Assembly (NCBI GenBank): GCA_029858425.1
Contig: JAOUFE010000002.1
Location: forward strand, 1 to 44,815
Direction: 5' to 3'
Source of the DNA: Spirochaetia bacterium
GTDB lineage: Bacteria > Spirochaetota > Leptospiria > Turneriellales > JAOUFE01
DNA: 44,815 nt
Shown here: positions 43,672 through 44,815 of the stretch, piece by piece
Numbering within the stretch: the first letter of the stretch is position 1
How the letters are laid out: every line of letters begins with the position of its first letter
Made by a program: the position numbers and the translations under genes
Notes under the pieces: generated by a model
What the model was told of the DNA's origin: nothing
The model's input: the letters and a program-made list of their open reading frames with translations, nothing else
Database searches by the model: none

Positions 43672-44603
43672 ATAAGACGATTTACAAATTTAAAAAATTC
43701 ATCATCCTCAATGGCGGATTTAAAGTTTTCTTTAAAATACACAAGATTCTCCTGACCAAGTTTTAATTTTTCTTCCAGTTTTGCGCCATCTATGTCGTCC
43801 TGACTGGAATAGTGCCCGTACCCATATTTCTTGGCAAGATAATTTCCATAAGATACAATATACAGAAGCATATTGTCTTCAACAAGATCACCGGTAAAGT
43901 TCTCGTGTTGATTAAATATTTTTTCATACAGTTCTGGAAGCTTCCATTCTTTTGCGGCTTTCATACCTACGGTCATATGAGAAACTCCAAAAACGCGCTC
44001 CTCGGCCACCGGAAATGAAATATTTTCCTCAACTACCATATCAATTACACTTATGAATTTACGCCTGTCAATGGCATTCATTACAACTTTGCCAATATCA
44101 TGCAATAAACCTGCTACAAACGCTTCTTCTTCAAGATCGGCGCGTCCCATCTTGCGGGCTAATTCCTTGCAAATTACTGATGTCGCGGTGGAATGTTTCC
44201 AGACATATCTTTGAAACCGCGAGTATTTTCCGGTTTCAAACAACGATCTTGAATTTGCAGCCATAGCCAGAGACCTTACTACCCTGAATCCAAGCATTGC
44301 TATGGCATGCTGAAGGCTGGCCACCTGATTTCCACGAGAATAAAAAGAAGAGTTTGCCGCTTTCAAAATAGTTGTCGACATATTTTGATCGGCCTTAATC
44401 AGATTACTCAATTGTTCAAAACTTGCGCTGCTACCGTCATTTAAATTAAGCAAACTCGCCACCACCTGCGGCTGAATTGTCAGCTTTATGTTTTTGATTT
44501 CTGCATCAATATTCACAATTAACCCATCCTCACATATTACTTTTTCAGAGTTTAAACCCGTTGATCCACCATTATACTTATTAATATCTAAATTCGATGT
44601 CAA
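43668..44603 (-). CDS. HDOD-domain signalling protein
   Basis: ...SFEQLSNLIKADQNMSTTILKAANSSFYSRGNQVASLQHAIAMLGFRVVRSLAMA...GLLHDIGKVVM... is the typical HDOD pattern. The listed TTG start is doubtful. A GTG at 44516 preceded by GAGGA is an alternative. Confidence 0.75.
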   Translation of the reverse strand: MTSNLDINKYNGGSTGLNSEKVICEDGLIVNIDAEIKNIKLTIQPQVVASLLNLNDGSSASFEQLSNLIKADQNMSTTILKAANSSFYSRGNQVASLQHAIAMLGFRVVRSLAMAANSRSLFETGKYSRFQRYVWKHSTATSVICKELARKMGRADLEEEAFVAGLLHDIGKVVMNAIDRRKFISVIDMVVEENISFPVAEERVFGVSHMTVGMKAAKEWKLPELYEKIFNQHENFTGDLVEDNMLLYIVSYGNYLAKKYGYGHYSSQDDIDGAKLEEKLKLGQENLVYFKENFKSAIEDDEFFKFVNRLI

Positions 44604-44608
44604 GCTAA

Positions 44609-44650
44609 TTTATTCATCAATTTATTCATCAAAACTTTATTCATCAAAAC
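44609..44650. promoter_or_regulatory. Three tandem direct repeats TTTATTCATCAA(AAC) just upstream of the HDOD operon; candidate regulator-binding sites
   Basis: TTTATTCATCAA (44609-44620), TTTATTCATCAAAAC (44621-44635) and TTTATTCATCAAAAC (44636-44650) are contiguous. They lie upstream of the minus-strand gene. Confidence 0.4.
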
Positions 44651-44815
44651 TGCCGGAGCAGCAGTTCTCGGTGAATATTTTTATAGCTGGATAAACTTAA
44701 TTTCGCTGGTACAGGAATTGGCTTTTTACTTATTTCACGGCAAAATATGCTTATCAGGCATCGTTGAATTCAAAAAACAGCGGTATTTTGGGTTTTATCA
44801 GGTTAAAAAACAAGA

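Noticed and set aside
44571-44603. TTGACA ... TATAAT hexamers at the annotated start of the HDOD gene as a sigma-70 promoter.
   Set aside because: The spacer is 21 nt by my count, outside the functional 16-19 nt range. I retain it only as a reason to doubt the TTG start.
44754-44815. A minus-strand open frame (…LFFNLIKPKIPLFFEFNDA*) running in from the right window edge.
   Set aside because: Only 19 codons are visible, which is too short to call or classify.

Overview
Chromosomal segment of an AT-rich diderm bacterium. I cannot assign a taxon from the sequence. The gene content (LPP20, FecR, MORN, HDOD and GGDEF proteins, a family-9 glycosyltransferase, a superoxide reductase) hints at a spirochaete-like or deltaproteobacteria-like oxygen-sensitive organism, but that is a guess.

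Layout: the window opens inside the right end of an IS66-family insertion sequence. A visibly GC-richer two-gene block follows (FN3-repeat lipoprotein plus a secreted/membrane protein). The rest mixes two gene classes:
- Housekeeping: rpsT, tRNA-Val, a fused folK-panB, panD, rplS, rnhB, alanine dehydrogenase, aldo/keto reductase, superoxide reductase, tRNA-Thr, tRNA-Tyr.
- Envelope and signalling: M50 protease, OmpA-type lipoprotein, a LolA-like protein with a beta-barrel partner, a 7TM-LuxR regulator, a Maf/DUF115 protein, a C1 peptidase-FecR-lipoprotein-LPP20 operon, a family-9 glycosyltransferase cluster, a PAS-GGDEF-EAL protein, a GGDEF protein, and an HDOD plus GHKL-ATPase-like pair.

Two things stand out:
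1. A family of about 120-135 bp palindromic intergenic repeats (MITE/REP-like), with nine full or partial copies, all between genes. One copy carries a roughly 165-nt structured insertion in its central hairpin.
2. A 1848-aa membrane-anchored coiled-coil protein built from about 69-residue repeats. It is preceded by a perfect 25-bp inverted repeat that flanks a 99-bp segment.

No CRISPR array, rRNA, prophage or recognisable defence genes were seen. All family assignments come from motif recognition by eye, not database searches.
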